Below are positions 35,772 through 49,828 of a stretch of DNA of 64,000 nucleotides, one piece after another. Both the position numbers and the translations under genes were made by a program. The stretch comes from Okamejei kenojei (Eukaryota), in the NCBI GenBank assembly GCA_035221665.1, contig CM069146.1, positions 15,996,001-16,060,000 on the forward strand, in the 5' to 3' direction. The notes under the pieces are model-generated. The model saw nothing but the letters and a program-made list of their open reading frames with translations. It was not told the DNA's origin and ran no database searches. Each line of letters starts with the position of its first letter. The first letter of the stretch is position 1.

Positions 35772-36021
35772 TAAATATAAGGTTGACTGTGCCTGTCACA
35801 AGGGGAACCAGAATTGTCCTGTACAGAAACATAACCAGGGATCGATGGAGCCCCCAGTAGGCGCAGAGACACGGCGGAGAAAAGCCAGGCGGAAAGAATG
35901 GGAGATGGAGTCTGAGCTCAATCAGGGCTCTGATGAAAATAGCAGTCAGCAACAGGAGGAAGCGGCAGAACCTAAAGACCAACAGGAGTTACCTGCACAA
36001 AATCCAGCAAGTGACAGTGAG
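35772..36021 (+). CDS. SETD5: SETD5 exon J, post-SET Cys cluster
   Basis: aatag|...GAG|gtatgg. Encodes [19 protein letters not shown]...[17 protein letters not shown]...SDSE. 250 nt. Confidence 0.95.
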
Positions 36022-37228
36022 GTATGGACACACATGCTAAGGAAAGTAACTGGTGCAGTAGAGTTTGTCCAGATATATGTGAAGTACATTTGATCATTTT
36101 TATTCATCTGCATCTAAAACAGTGACAAACTACCTTTGTTTTTCTTTACTAATTTTGTGTAACAAGTGAAAACGAAAAGTGAGATACCAACAAAATTACA
36201 GACTAGAAGAGGGGATAAGTATATCAAGGCAAAACATTTTTGAAATACATTTGTGTAAAATTAGTCTAATGTAAAAAGCACCGACTAGTTTTCTGTTGAT
36301 TCAGTTGTTGAACATCAAGTTAGACTTTTTAACTTTGTAGAATAGTTTGATTGTACAACCATTTTTTTTTCTCCCCTTTCCCATGATGCACATGCCATAG
36401 GCAATGCCAGCATTATTGCTCATTCCTAATCGGACCTTAACTAAGGAGACTGTTGTGAATCAGAATATTTGTCTCCTTTGCATGCAATCATCCAGCAATA
36501 CAGATTCTGGCAGCTTGGTAAGGTTGAGCTATTAGCTCAGGGTTCATGAACTTAAAGTATAGGGTAGTAATAGGTAGTGGAGTTACGCCCAGTATCCATG
36601 CTGATATTTATTCCTCGGTAAGTATTGGAAGTACTCGTGCTGCTTTCTGTAATAACTTGAAGTTTCTTGCTGCTATACCTCGAAAATTCCTTAATAATTA
36701 GCATTTAGAGCAGGTTTTTGTGACAAACATGATGTGTGCAGTTACACTACATGAACTTTATTAAGAATCCACTAGATGAATAATAAAATTCTTCTGATTT
36801 CATGAATTAAATCAATCCAATCAATAATTAATATATCTATACTGTGCGTACTATGCAAAAAGAGATAACTACGGTTGTATAGGTTTAACTAAATGGTTAT
36901 AAAACAGTGCAAAACTTTGACAACTTCCACTCAAGATGACTTAAACTCAAAAACTTAACAGTTTTATGAGTTGCTGCTTGTTTTTAAAAAAAATGTGAGG
37001 AGGAGAAAAAGGTAAATAATTCAAGCAAAAGCTAACAATTTAGTGGTTGGGTTCTTTTATGATGTCACAAGGCAGGGCTGTGACATAAGTAATATCATTA
37101 TAGGAGTAAAATATTAGTTTATATTTTACTGATAGCGTTGAGAAACATCACATTAGTTTTGCAATTGTGTTGCTGGCAGTTTTTAAGTGCAGCACAACTC
37201 ACTGTCTCACCCAATCCTCTGTAAATAG

Positions 37229-37324
37229 GAAGGTCCTGGAGAAGGAGATCAAATAAAAGTTGAAGAAGAAAACGAAGAGTCAGAAATGGATGAACAACTC
37301 CGTGCCTTAGCACAGAATAAACTG
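37229..37324 (+). CDS. SETD5: SETD5 exon K (acidic linker)
   Basis: gtaaatag|GAA...CTG|gtaagg. Encodes EGPGEGDQIKVEEENEESEMDEQLRALAQNKL. Phase 0-0, 96 nt. Weak sequence conservation but expected position and composition. Confidence 0.85.
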
Positions 37325-37625
37325 GTAAGGGACATTCAGAGAAAAATACATTTGAGAAGTGAAGAATTTCTCAGCAACTGGAACACTTGCAACCATAACC
37401 ATATGCCTAGCAGGCAGTGCAATGGCACCTACAGGTGTAGGGAAAATAATTTGTTCATTTAGAAGGAATAATGTTTTCAAAACACATAATGGTCATTTGA
37501 TATGGAGAATGGAAGATCACCAATGCAGGCTACTGTATTTGGGGAAAGTGAAAAGTATAACAATAAGATGCTTTTGCATCGGACAAAATGTGTGACCGGA
37601 AAATAATAGCTTGTAAAATCATATA

Positions 37626-38013
37626 CAGGTCCACCACCGATTTTCCGGCACCCTTTGTTCCAGAGCCTTTCTGGATTATCTGTTTTGATGGGCCAGCAGA
37701 GGTTATGGCCTCCGTGAGGAGACCAACGATACTGGAACGGTCCTCCTAGTCCGCCGTGGGGCCGAGATACTGGCCCGCAAATTCTGCCTCCGAAGTCAAC
37801 TTTGGGAACATCGGGCTGGAGTTCCAGAGCCCGGGCAAATCGCCGATCGGCGTGGAAGTCCCAATGAGATTGAGATCGGCCGCCTTGCCTGGCCAATGCG
37901 GTAGATTTACGGGGGTCATCTGGAGGGGGGCATTTCAATTGTTCTCTCATGATTTGTTGTGGACTAAAGGAGATTTTTGCGGAGTTGCTGGTGAATCGGT
38001 GGTGGGCCGGCTG
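37626..38013. mobile_element. Tigger/pogo-like MITE
   Basis: TA|CAGGTCCACCACCGATTTTCC at the left end; degenerate inverse aatcggtggtgggcc..ctg|TA at the right. GC-rich interior. Confidence 0.55.
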
Positions 38014-38178
38014 TATAATGACTCTTAACATTTCTGAAAACAGTCACTGCTGGCTGCACTGCTGTAAATGCTTCAACTCGGCCAAAACTATTTCTGTGAC
38101 AAGGAAACAGTGCACTTGCACAGTGTTCTACAAATTATGTCCACATACATTTGAAGTACAGAGCACTGACTATAACTT

Positions 38179-38281
38179 GAAGGTAGACAAAAATGCTGGA
38201 GAAACTCAGTGGTGAGGCAGCATCTATGGAGCGAAGGAAATAGGCAACGTTTCGGGTCGAGACTCTTCTTCAGACTTAAGG
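38179..38281 (-). mobile_element. Penelope-derived short insertion with a hammerhead-like core at 38246-38273
   Basis: Exact 13-bp TSD ctgactataactt (38166-38178 and 38282-38294). Minus strand reads CTGAAGAAGAGTCTCGACCCGAAACGTT. Confidence 0.85.
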
Positions 38282-40246
38282 CTGACTATAACTTAGTGTT
38301 TTCCTGTTTATATGTTAATAAGGCATTACCAATCTGACTGCTGTTATAAATCAGGTTTCTTTGCTAGAAATGAGCAGTGATGCACAGTCCTCATGATCCA
38401 TTGATTTGCTATTTATAGATCGGTGTTCTTGTGAATTTGGTCAGTCTTGTCTCAAATCTTTTGATCAAAATATCTTTTATACAAATACAAATTGAGGAAC
38501 CAATCAATGCCTGTATAAATATAATGATCAGTTTCTAGACTTTTGTGTCATTTGGTTTCCTGTTGAGTACCGTTCTCTAACACAGCTCCACTTCTATGTT
38601 TCAAATGTTTACGCTACTTTTAGATTTCAATACAAATCAATTTTTCTATTGCTAGATGATATCTTTTCCATTTAGGTAGTTCTATACTTTAATGTTTAGT
38701 AATATATTCTGATTATGTTTATTTGCGGGAGTGTATTACAGGGTACGGAGGAGAGAATCATAGTGACATCCATGTTTTTTGTTATCTGTGGGAAGCCTCA
38801 GCCCTTTCCCTTTCAGATCATGAAGACATGGTGAAAACAGTTTATAATGGCTCCAATTTAATGATGGTAATACATCAGATATTTGTTCTAAGAATTATTC
38901 CACTTAAAAATACATTTTGCAGTTGGTTATTTATTGATCTTAGTTAAGCAAATATGTGAATGGTGTATTATCATCATTACCACCAATCAGTCAATGGTGA
39001 TGTATCTTTTCTGGTTTGTTGACCTCAATTGAAGGCTCAAGTGTGTTGATGATGCAATTTGGGTGTATCCATTCCTAAGTCTATCTCTTACTCCAAAAGG
39101 CAACGGCCACATCTAGTTATCCTGAGAAGGAAATAGATGCTTGTCAGCCTATTCTGAGAACATTAACATACAATTGTTGAAGTTGCATATCGGTTCTGAA
39201 GGATTGTGCTAAGGATGTTAGAAACAGTTCATGAGCTTTTGTCTCCTCCTTTGCGATAGACCATATCTCGGGTTTATTGAATTCATTTTTACATCCTGCC
39301 ATGGTGGCATTTGAACTCTCAAACTCCAGTCTGCCATTTAAGGACCTGGCCATCACTGTACTGACTGTGTTTAGCAAGCTTTGTCTAATCAAGACCTACA
39401 TTCTACTTTTTGCAATAAAGGGAGCTGTTGCTATGGTCAGAATACATCAGTTGTATGTAACATTATCCAAATGCTTTTTGTGTTGGAATCCGTCTACATC
39501 AAATAAGTATTCAGCCTATCTAGACCGTGGCAACAGAGCCTTGCTGCACAGGTGTCAGCATGTGATGGCATTTCTTTCTGCTGATGAATACAAAAAAGCT
39601 GTGCTGAAATTGTGATTGTACAAATGTGAAGTACATCCTCACTTGTGTTGACATACCATTTAATTGCAATTATTATGCATTCTTGTGTGCTGTTAAACTT
39701 TCCAAGAACTCATTCCAAACTAGTTTTAGCAGAATTAAACTGATTTGCAGGAAGGTAATATGCCATAAATACTGAAAATATTTGAGGAGAAACAGCTATC
39801 TACATGAGTGACAACATCCATCACAAGACCACAGATTACTATAGCTACCCTGACTATATCTCTTCCCACTCTTCCTTCCACATGGACTCTATTCCATTCG
39901 CTCGTTCCCCTGTCTCTGACATATCTGCTCCAATGATGAGTTTTGCTGTAAACTTGTGAAATAGCACATTATCTTCTGCCTGGCCACACTACAGCCTCCC
40001 AGACTTAAAATTGAATTCTACTACTTCAGATAACTTCCACTATCTGTATTCTGTCTCTAAATTTCCCTCATCAACCTGTCAACCAGAAGACTAATTTACA
40101 GCTAATCCTCAGGACAGCCATGGTTTTATCCCACAGTCCTTGTGTCTCTTGGCCTCATCCTATTGGAGATGTGCACGATGTCATATTCATCCCTCCTTAA
40201 CCCACTCTGCAATCTAAAGCAAACCTGTTTTCTTTCTTGCTTTGTT

Positions 40247-41007
40247 ATAAATGAGTTCAGTATTCCGACTGCGCATGCCCAGGTCAAAGGTCACTGCATA
40301 AACACCCCTGGAAAGCTGTGAAGCAGTGGACCTTCATTTCCTCTGTTTTTTCCAGCTTTGAATCTTCTAGGAAGGAAAGTATTGCTTTCAAACTATGAAA
40401 ATTATTGTTCCTTTGTTAAAAGCTAAGATTATTTTGTTGTTTTTATTGCTTTATTATGCTTTGGTGAGTGAGCGAGATTGTGCTCGTCCGTGGTTGGTGT
40501 CGGGCCTGGGTCTGTTGAGTTGCTGCTGAGCCGTCCCATCTCCGTTCCTTCCTGGATGTCTCGTCCCTGTCTGGGGGCGGCCGGAGGTGTTGGGCCGGGC
40601 TTGCAGCCGACGCAGGGAGAAGGCCGAGTTGCTGCAGCCGTTATGTGTGTATGGCTGGTGCTCGGCTTTCACCGGTGCCAGGGGGTTGGCCGCTGGCGGT
40701 CCCCGGCCTGTCGTCGGTCACAGCCAGCACGGAGAAGAAGCGCCAACACCAGCCCAAACCCGCTCCCCGACAGCATAATAAAGCAATAAAAACGACAAAA
40801 TAATCTTAGCTTTTAACAAAGGAACAATAAATACACCTATTTCATAATTTGAAAGCAGTATATTACCTAGAAGAATCAAAGTTGGAAAAAACGGAAGAAA
40901 TGAAGGTCCACGTCTTCACTGCTTTCCAGGGGTGTTTATGCATAGTGACCTTTGACCCGGGCATGCGCAGTGGGAAGGAGTCAGAATACCTGCACTCGCT
41001 CATTTAT
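40247..41007. mobile_element. Unclassified foldback DNA element with TIRs of about 210-240 bp
   Basis: 40247-40460 pairs with about 40772-41007 around a GC-rich spacer. Sits inside an old Penelope fragment (about 39770-41125). Confidence 0.8.
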
Positions 41008-42998
41008 GTTGGATTTCCCATTCAAAACCCAGTAATTCTGTTCTCTATCCACAATGCTATCTGACCTACTGAATGTTTTATTTTCTGACATCAGACTTCC
41101 AGAAATGCAAGTTTCTGATTTTCAGAACGTTTAGATTAAAAGCTCTTTCCCTTGAAGAACACAAACTTAATAAATGATGTGGTACTGTGCAGGGCAGATA
41201 GAGCGACACCATTTCTCTTGATGTGACTAGAAGTTCGAAACAAAGATAATTGTCCACTTTCTATGTAAGATTTCAAACTTATTTTGCATTCCTTACAAAT
41301 ATGTTTATCCCTAGAATGAAGAAGTGGCTGAGTAAACTAATATGAATTGTTTACTGATTACCGACCCTTTGGTAAAGCATTGTTAAGATGTTCTTGCCTG
41401 TGAGGGATTACTTCCATGAATTACTACTTCAAATGTTTGTATTCACAATGGTGATTTGCCTTGGGCAAGGTGAATCTGCTGGATATTGCATATATTCAGT
41501 TATGTTGCACCTTTACTGCACTGTATAATTGCATAATTTATGTAGGATGATATTACTTAAAATTGAGTATGACATATCCACCTCCAACTAGTAATGTAGT
41601 ATATGTGTAAAATACTAATGGTTCTGTAAAACTCAAATTATTTCCTCATATTCTTGCAATTCGATACCAGCTCAGTTAGGCAACTTGGTTGGTATGGACA
41701 ATTTGGGATGACTGAGCTCTTTCTGTGCCCCATAGCTCAGATCAGGAATCATGATGCAAAATGCCACTTCAAAATATGTATTAGGACTATAATATAGCAC
41801 ATAATACTCTATATAGAAGAGATTGCAATTCAAATATAACTTGGAAATGTGCTGAAGGGTGGGGCCTCTTTGTAAAGTTTGGCCGTATCAACTTTATGAC
41901 ATCCTTGGATTTAGGAGGACTTACAAGACTTTATAAGGACTTTCAAAAGTTTGTTCTGAGGTATAAATTCTAGCAAGGTTTATTTGAAACCTGTGTACAA
42001 TGCAGCTTTTTAACATCTCAGCAATCACCTCTATGTAAAATTCTTTAGATCAGGGCCTTTGGGTAGTCTAATTATAAATGCCTACTTGAAAATTATCCCA
42101 TGTCTTTCCACACTTATTTTCCCAGCTCCCTCCATCCCGTCAACTCCAATAAAATCAGTTCCAAGGGCACTGTTATTATATTATCTCTAGTCCACATATC
42201 AAATGGGAAACATTTAATTATTTGATAATTTATAATGTGCTAGACTCTTAAGATCACCAATATTACCTGCATTGAAAATTTGTAGGGGGTTCCTTTAAAT
42301 GTCTGGAATTCAGTGTTCAGTATACCCTTGAGGGATTGAGTGTCTCTCAATTTTAGTGTTAAAGTATTGGTGTGGATAGATCATTTTACCAACTGCAAAT
42401 GTCAACATGGACAAACACAGCGTGCTTTCAGCTTGGGAGCACTGGTGTAGAAGGAGCACAGTATGTCTTCTTGGGAATGCCTGTGTGGACAGATATTGCT
42501 GTTAGTTATTTGTAGTGGGCAGCCGCTAGAGCTTTCGCTGTTTGGAGAGTTTGTTGTACATCAATATTAACACAACTCGACTTATTGATATCCAAAATGT
42601 GCTATTTTTCAGACAGCTGAACCAGAATGACTCCGCAATGGATGGGCATGTTGGGTGTTAAGGGTTGCAATGGGTTTTTTTTTTAATCAGCTGTGAGCAT
42701 ATTTTGTTTTCGTTGCCGCTATGATAATTTGGTATTGATGTAGTGATTTATAAAAGCATAATGATAGAAAGTAACAACAAAAAAGAAATAGAAAGAGCGT
42801 TAAGAGTTATAGTATTAATCCAAACTGCATACAATGGTTCTATCAAAACTAGTGACACAGAAAAGCCACTCGCCCTTTAGGAAATGAGCAGTACGTTTGC
42901 GCATCTTGAGCCATGAAAGAAAGTTGTTGAGGATAAGATTTTGATCCTGTAAGTGGATTGTTTATTGTTTTGTTTTCTTTGACGCTCATTGTTCACAG

Positions 42999-43253
42999 TC
43001 ACGAGAGCAGCGGAAGATGGAAGCCATCATGCAGGTTTTTGAGAACTTAGAGAAGAGAAAGAAAAGGCGTGAACAAGTGGTTGAGCGCAGTACTAGTCAC
43101 CCAGGCGTCGATGGCGATCCGGAGACTCCGACCACAGATGTGGAGGAGGTGAAACTGGAACCTGCAGCAGAAGAAGAACCACTGCCCAGTGAGGCAAGAA
43201 CACCACAGCCTGTGCTTGCAGGGGTAAGCACACGGCGAACTTCACAGCTAGGG
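42999..43253 (+). CDS. SETD5: SETD5 exon L
   Basis: ttcacag|TCA...GGG|gtaagc. Encodes SREQRKMEAIMQVFENLEKRKKRRE...GVSTRRTSQLG. 255 nt. A second identical donor lies at 43224. Confidence 0.93.
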
Positions 43254-46200
43254 GTAAGCAGAGCATTTAATTGGCAAATGGGCCGGTGCAGCATGATAAC
43301 AGATATTGGTGTTAGTGGCATAATTTGAGTAGTGAAGGTTTGGATTTTCCTGGTATTAATTGTCTTATAGTCTTCTGTGCTTCATTGGGCTTGGATACTT
43401 TCAATTATAGGGCTGAGCAGCCCAACTTTTGTTCTGTAGTTAGTTGTTTGGTGTATAAACAGTTAAAAAGCAAGATGGCATGTGAGATGATCAGAAGACC
43501 TTGTACCTCATCTCTTTACAAAATGTAAGACTAATTCCATCAATCTGTCCAACACTAAGAGGGAACAAAACTCACTGTCAGGCTCTTGTGATTGGACATA
43601 TTTTTGGCTCCATTGTTTGCTGGACTACCATAAAGGTCGTGTGATTTGTGGGCAAAAGTTAAACTTGAGGTTATTAAGCCCTGGTGTCTTATATGTACTA
43701 CTTATATGACTGGAAATGGCTGAGATGGTGTTCCATTTTCCCAGTTGAGAAATATCATCTCACACCCTCGACTGAAGTAGCATTGGGTTGAAAAGCATCC
43801 CAGTGTCAGTACACTTTACACCTTGTGATCGGTGGATGTATGTTTGAAAAATGCTGGTGAATCCAGAAGGCATGGTTATCTTTTGTATAAAACAAATGCA
43901 CAAAATTAGGAAAGACAATACAGAATATATAGGTTCTTTTTTTCATATCTAGGGACATCCTTTTCCTCATACTTATGGTTCAGTTTTATCATTTTTCATA
44001 ATAAGTGACGTGTCTGCTTGCACTTAACAAAAATATTCACAATGGTAAATCTGGTGCACCAATAACTTGGGCGTTCTGAAGCATCAAACTAAATGACTAA
44101 CTTGTGATAAAACCATGGGAAACAAATCTGCTAGCACATCGTTTACCAACTCTAAAATCTATAGAATAAAAAGAGAAAATGCTGGTAATTCTTCTCAACC
44201 TGAAATGTTAAGTATTTTTTTTCTCCACAAGTGTATTCTGATCTGTTGAGTATTTCCAGGGTTTATTGTTTTTATTTCAGATTTCTAACATGCCATTTTC
44301 ATTTTTTCCTTTTCATACAAATAATTATATGGGGTATTACTAAATGTATCTATTAAATATGTAACTTATTTTCTATGCTGTATATAGAATATTAAGATTT
44401 ATACCACAAATAATTTCCAAGTAGTAAAAGGTTTGTACAAAGTAACTAGTTAAATCTTTGTGTCTTAATCGTATTTGAGACGATCTGGCATTCCTCAGAT
44501 TTCAACCAAAAGTGAGAATAAACAAATCGACAGAAAAAACAGCTTACAGTTTGTAATTGTTTAACAGGTGACATTAAAACATTCCATCCAACATAATGTC
44601 TTGTACAAACTAGGCATAGCATTTATAAAACTTTTATCTAACTGTTGGATCACATACACTTCTATTTTTTGACAACAATTGTATTTTTAATGGCAACTTT
44701 TTTTAAATCTCCCTTCCACCCACTTTATCTCCCCCTGCAGGCTTCAAAATCTTTATTTTTGTTTAATTTCTCTCACTATTCTGTGAATTTTCAAATGTAC
44801 ATGCAATTAGGAAGCTGGGTTGTCACTTGGCAGTCATAGGATTAGAGAATTACAGTAAGATGGCAGCTATTAGCAATTCAACAGTGTGATGGTGCTGCAC
44901 AGTTGTTAGTCCCAAGGAACAAATATTCTCCCTCAATGGAAAATATCGATCGGTGCATTTTATTTGTGTATAAGAAAACCTCTTGTTTTCAAGCCTCAAA
45001 GAAGCATAAATTGCAAGTGAATGCATTGCAAAACTTGGCTATGTAAAATCATGTCTTGCCATCTTACAACATGCTGACGTTTTCTTGTGATCTTCAAGAG
45101 CGTGCTCTATGCTTTTTCAGTGGAAGGGAAAGTAAGATTGGTTGAGTGCTGGAAAAGGATAGTAATGTATACATCTGCTGGTAGATGGTTGCAGAATGGG
45201 ATGTGTTATATGCCTTTTTCATTGGAGTATATTTGTACTTTTGGAGAAGCAAAAACGTCACCTAATATTTTCCATAAGAACTTGCCAGAACAACTAAAGT
45301 TAATTTTGAAATTAGCTAACTAGATAGTGTGTGAGGGGAAGGAAAACAAATCCAGAATGACTTTCTTAAAGCATAGGAGAAGTAATCATAAGGAGCCATG
45401 TGAATGTGATTTTTGTTTCAATCTGCAAAACAAACCACATGTTGAAGTGATTGTCAATGGCAATTTTCAAATAAAAACGTTCAGAATGTAATCTCCCTTC
45501 ATGAATTATAGACCCTTAAATGGAAAGCTTATGAAATATTGACCAACAAGCAATGGTTGTTGCTTCTTTGTGTTCCTAAAGAAAATATTAAGAGAAATCT
45601 GGTGGTCAAAGTACACAAAATAACCTCAAAGAAACATGCTTAATTTCCAATGCTGGCATAAACCAGAAAGGATAATTGGAGAGCATGGTTGAGATATAAA
45701 TCATGCCATTTAGAATCAAATGACTGAGAATTTTAACTGAGGGTGTTCTCATCAGGTTTTATAGGCATGCTTGTGTATATAATGCCAACTGACTGGTTCA
45801 GTTGAGATTATCTGGCAAACAGGTCAACGGGAACTGACTGATCTTAAATTTGTATTTGTGTACCAATGAATGCCAGAAATGTAGGAAGACATTCTTGACA
45901 GCTTGTCTACAGTTCAGTACTTTTATACACTAAATATGATTGGGGGGAATTAACTTGATTTTTACAAAGGGATGATCAAAGGATCAATCCCAGTGGTCCA
46001 TTTGTTACTTAAGCGTTAAAAGAGGTTTAAAATAATTGAAGATTGTATCCTCAAATTCTTCCGAGCGAGAGATATATGTGCAGAAGTAACCAATCGTGTC
46101 CATCTATTATTATCTGATCAGAGATATTTCTTCCCATTATGTATCTGTTGCCTTTTGAACATGATAGTGCTTTAAAATAATAGGATTTGTGCATGTATGC

Positions 46201-46667
46201 AGGCGAGGTTAAGATATGCATATTTCTTTATCAAATTTAACTGTGCGGTGCGGAAATCTAAATTCCAGAAGTTACTATTTTCTGGTGGGTGTACAGGACA
46301 CTGTCTTTCAGCAGTATAGCAAAGTGCATTGAAACTTCTGGGACAAAAACTTAATTTCCCCAATCTTTCTGTGTTTCTGACTTGATGCACTGAAGAAAGA
46401 AATCAGGTAACTTTACAACACTGCCCTTCATTAAAGAAAGTGCGTAATATAAGGAAAAGCAATCAAAGGAAGAAAACAGAGAGGCCAATTCTAATTTCTT
46501 GGTTTTTGTTTGGTCTGATTATCACTCGGCTATATTCTCCTATTTTTCAATGTGCCTTCTGTCTGTATTTGACAAAACATATACTGTATATGTAAAGTTT
46601 TAACTTTTGGAATGCATTTACTTGAAGATGATTTAATGTGGTTAATTACGTTACATCTTTAAAATAG

Positions 46668-46976
46668 GAGCAAGTTCAAGAGAAGCCTACTAAGCCTCCT
46701 GCATCCAAACCAACCAAGCCCCGACCCAAAAATCGTTTCTCACGCTATCGCTCCAGTTCAGCTCAGCGGCTACGTAGACAGCGACAAGCCAGCTGTCAGT
46801 CAGAGCCAGCACCGGTGGTAGCAGTGGATGAGGGAGCAGCAGGGACTGTGGTGACAGAAACCACATCTACAGAAGGTGTACCCAGTGTCGGAGCCCCAGG
46901 AGTGGAGACCATATCAGAAACTACCATTGTCTCCCAACCAAATCGAACCAATGTCAAGTATCCTAAAACCAAAAGA
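46668..46976 (+). CDS. SETD5: SETD5 exon M
   Basis: aaaatag|GAG...AGA|gtaagt. Encodes EQVQEKPTKPPASKPTKPRPKNRFSRYRSSSAQRLRRQRQA...KYPKTKR. 309 nt. Confidence 0.94.
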
Positions 46977-47789
46977 GTAAGTGGATGTGTGAATGTATCT
47001 GTCTCATTTGTCGATTGAGGAACTTCTTAATTATCTGACTGTTTCCTAAACAATTTTTGTACAAATTGATCAATTTGAGTAAATATTAAATACATTTATA
47101 AAACCTGGTGTATGATTCTACCTGTATCATATGATCTTGGCTGATCTATGCTGTCCTCAACAACTCTTCTGGCCATTTTTCCACACCTCTCTTCTTCAAT
47201 ATGTATCCCCTCCACTTGAATGATCTAGCTCACCACCTGCCAGGGCAAAGAATTCTAATGGATCACCATCCTCTGTGAGAAGAAGTTTCCATGCACTTCA
47301 GTTGCCCCTTACCTTGTAGTTCTGTTGTGTGAGACTCTTCCACTGTCGCTACTATCTACTCTGTAAAGCCCCCTTCAGGTCTTGTATGTTTGAATGAGGT
47401 TATATCTCATTACTCTAAACTAAATTAAAAGTTGTTTTATTTGATCTTCCCTTGGATAATTGATGGACTCCCATCGAATACCAGATAATTCAAGTACCAG
47501 AACTCTGGCAAGGGCGTTTGTGCAGAGCTCTGTGACATAGCACTGCAGCCATCTAGCTTTATTGCAATGATACACAATTCATTGCTGGGTGGTCCTAGGC
47601 CTCTGTTGTTCTTTGTTTCACTTCCTTGTTCAAAAAGAATATTGATGTCACATATTTTTGTCTTTAAATGGAGTGGCTTTCAACTTGGGCCTTCATATTT
47701 GTACGTTTCAACAGCCGTTGCAGAGCCCTGCCAATTTAGTCACTTGGATATTTTACTGTTTCTCTTAAATGGAAGGGAACTCTTTCTGA

Positions 47790-48700
47790 GTAAAAATAGC
47801 GATAGGATTCATTTGGAAAATCTTGTACTTATTCGGGATAGTCAGCGTCACTTAATTCAAGGGAACTTTATTCAGTTTGTTGAGGTGACAAAGATTATTG
47901 ATGAAGGTCGAGCAGTGACTTGTCTATGTGGATTTTGGTAAAGCATTTGACAAGATCCCTCATGGTAGCCTGAACCACAGGATAAAGACACGTTGATCCA
48001 TGGGGACTTGGTAGATTGGATTTAAAATTGGCTTAGCCATAGAAGACAAAGGGTAGTGCTAGAGGGATGTTATTCTGACTGAGTCTGTGACCAATGGTCT
48101 GCAGGGATCAGTGGTGGGACCTCTGTTTGCAATATTTATAATTAATTTGGACAAAAATGTGGTCTGATTAGTAAATTGGCAGATGACAGAAGTGGAGTGT
48201 TTGTATAGTGAAGAAGGTCATCAAACAGTACAAATAGATAATCAAATGATACAAATAGATCTGTTGGAAACATGGGCAGAGAAACGACAGCTGGAGTTTA
48301 ATCCAGTCAAGTGTGAGCTTTGCACTTTGGGAGGTCAAATTTAAGAGAAAAGTATGCAGTAAATGGGCCTTAGGAATATTTGTGTACAGATGGATCGTGG
48401 AGTGCAAGCCCATTGATTCCCGAAAGTAGCAATAGAAATGGATAGTGGTAAAGGCAGCATTTGGCATGCCTGCCTTCATCGGCCGATGTATTGAATATAA
48501 AAGTTGGCAAGTCACCTTGCATCTTAGAAGCTTTGGTTAGGCCACATTTTGAGTACTGTGTACAGTTTTGGTTTCTGCATTACAGGAAGTGTGTGGAGAT
48601 ATTGGAGAGGGCACATAAGATGTTCACCAGGATATTGTCCGGAATAGAGTATTAGCTAGAAAGAAAGGTTGGACAAACCTGAATTGTTTTGGCTGGAGAT
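47790..48700 (+). mobile_element. Old CR1-like LINE RT fragment
   Basis: VTKIIDEGRAV, KAFDKIPHG, QGSVVGPL, LVRPHFEYCVQFW...LERAHKMFTRIL. Heavily frameshifted. Confidence 0.8.
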
Positions 48701-49307
48701 GTTCCTACATCTTCTATGTTTTCTGTGGATGTAACAAATAACATAGTTAAAGAGGGCTCTAATGAATGAAGTGTGTTTGAATTTCCAAAAGTGCCACACA
48801 TAGGATTGTTGCACAAAATAAGTGGGTTGTGGGTTATAATAATAACATGGATGTGAGATTAGCTAAGTAACAGAAAACAGTGATGAGGTAAATGTGTCAT
48901 ATTCATATTGGCAGTCACTCACTCGTAGGATACCAAAGAGTTAATTGCTGAGGTCTCAATTGGTGGGCCGATGGGCCGGTGATGAGGACTTTTGTTTTAC
49001 TTCACTGAGTTGCAAAAGTTTCCAATTCTGTAGCCCAGCGAGCTGTGGAGACAATCATTGCCTATTTTCAAGGTAGAAACTGACTGCCAGCTACAAAGAT
49101 CAATGGGCGCCGGAGTGAATAGGAAAGTGACGTTGAGGCCAAGATTGATTGGCAGAGCAGTCACAGGGAGCTGATGACCTACAAGTGTTTCTTCCTAAAA
49201 TCCTAGATTCTTATTTTGTGATAGCTCACTGAATCAATTGGGAGCGGGCCTTTTAGTTATACCGAATGACTATATCATTTTTTTTTTTCAACCACTTTTT
49301 GTTTTAG

Positions 49308-49550
49308 TATTTGGTTACGGAATGGTTGAACGACAAGGTAGAGCGACCTGACTGCCCATATGATCGTCCATTACGCATCACAACGGATCCCACGGTATTG
49401 GCAACAACACTGAACATGCTGCCAGGTCTGAGCCATAGTCCTCATATTTGCACAACCCCTAAACACTACATCCGCTTTGGCTCCCCCTTCACTCCTGAAA
49501 GAAGGAGGCAGAGAGTTGTGTGTGATGGCAGTTACGGATCCTGCAAGAAG
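49308..49550 (+). CDS. SETD5: SETD5 exon N
   Basis: gttttag|TAT...AAG|gtaagc. Encodes [10 protein letters not shown]...[21 protein letters not shown]...[14 protein letters not shown]...SCKK. 243 nt. Confidence 0.97.
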
Positions 49551-49828
49551 GTAAGCATGTACTTTATCTCTACAACAATTTGTGTTGCATAATATAGCCT
49601 CATGAATTTGGATTTAAGTTGAAATAACAGATAAAAGATCTTTGAAAGTGATGATTTACAGCCAGTGTTATCTGCTATATTCATGAGCAAGGATGCTCAT
49701 CAAACCCTCTTGGCAGAGAATGCTTGATATGATATTGATGTATGATATGGCTGTAAATGTATATCTGTGTTAGTTTTCGTAACATTTTTCAAACTTAGAT
49801 GAAATTAAACCATGACTAAATTTAATTA

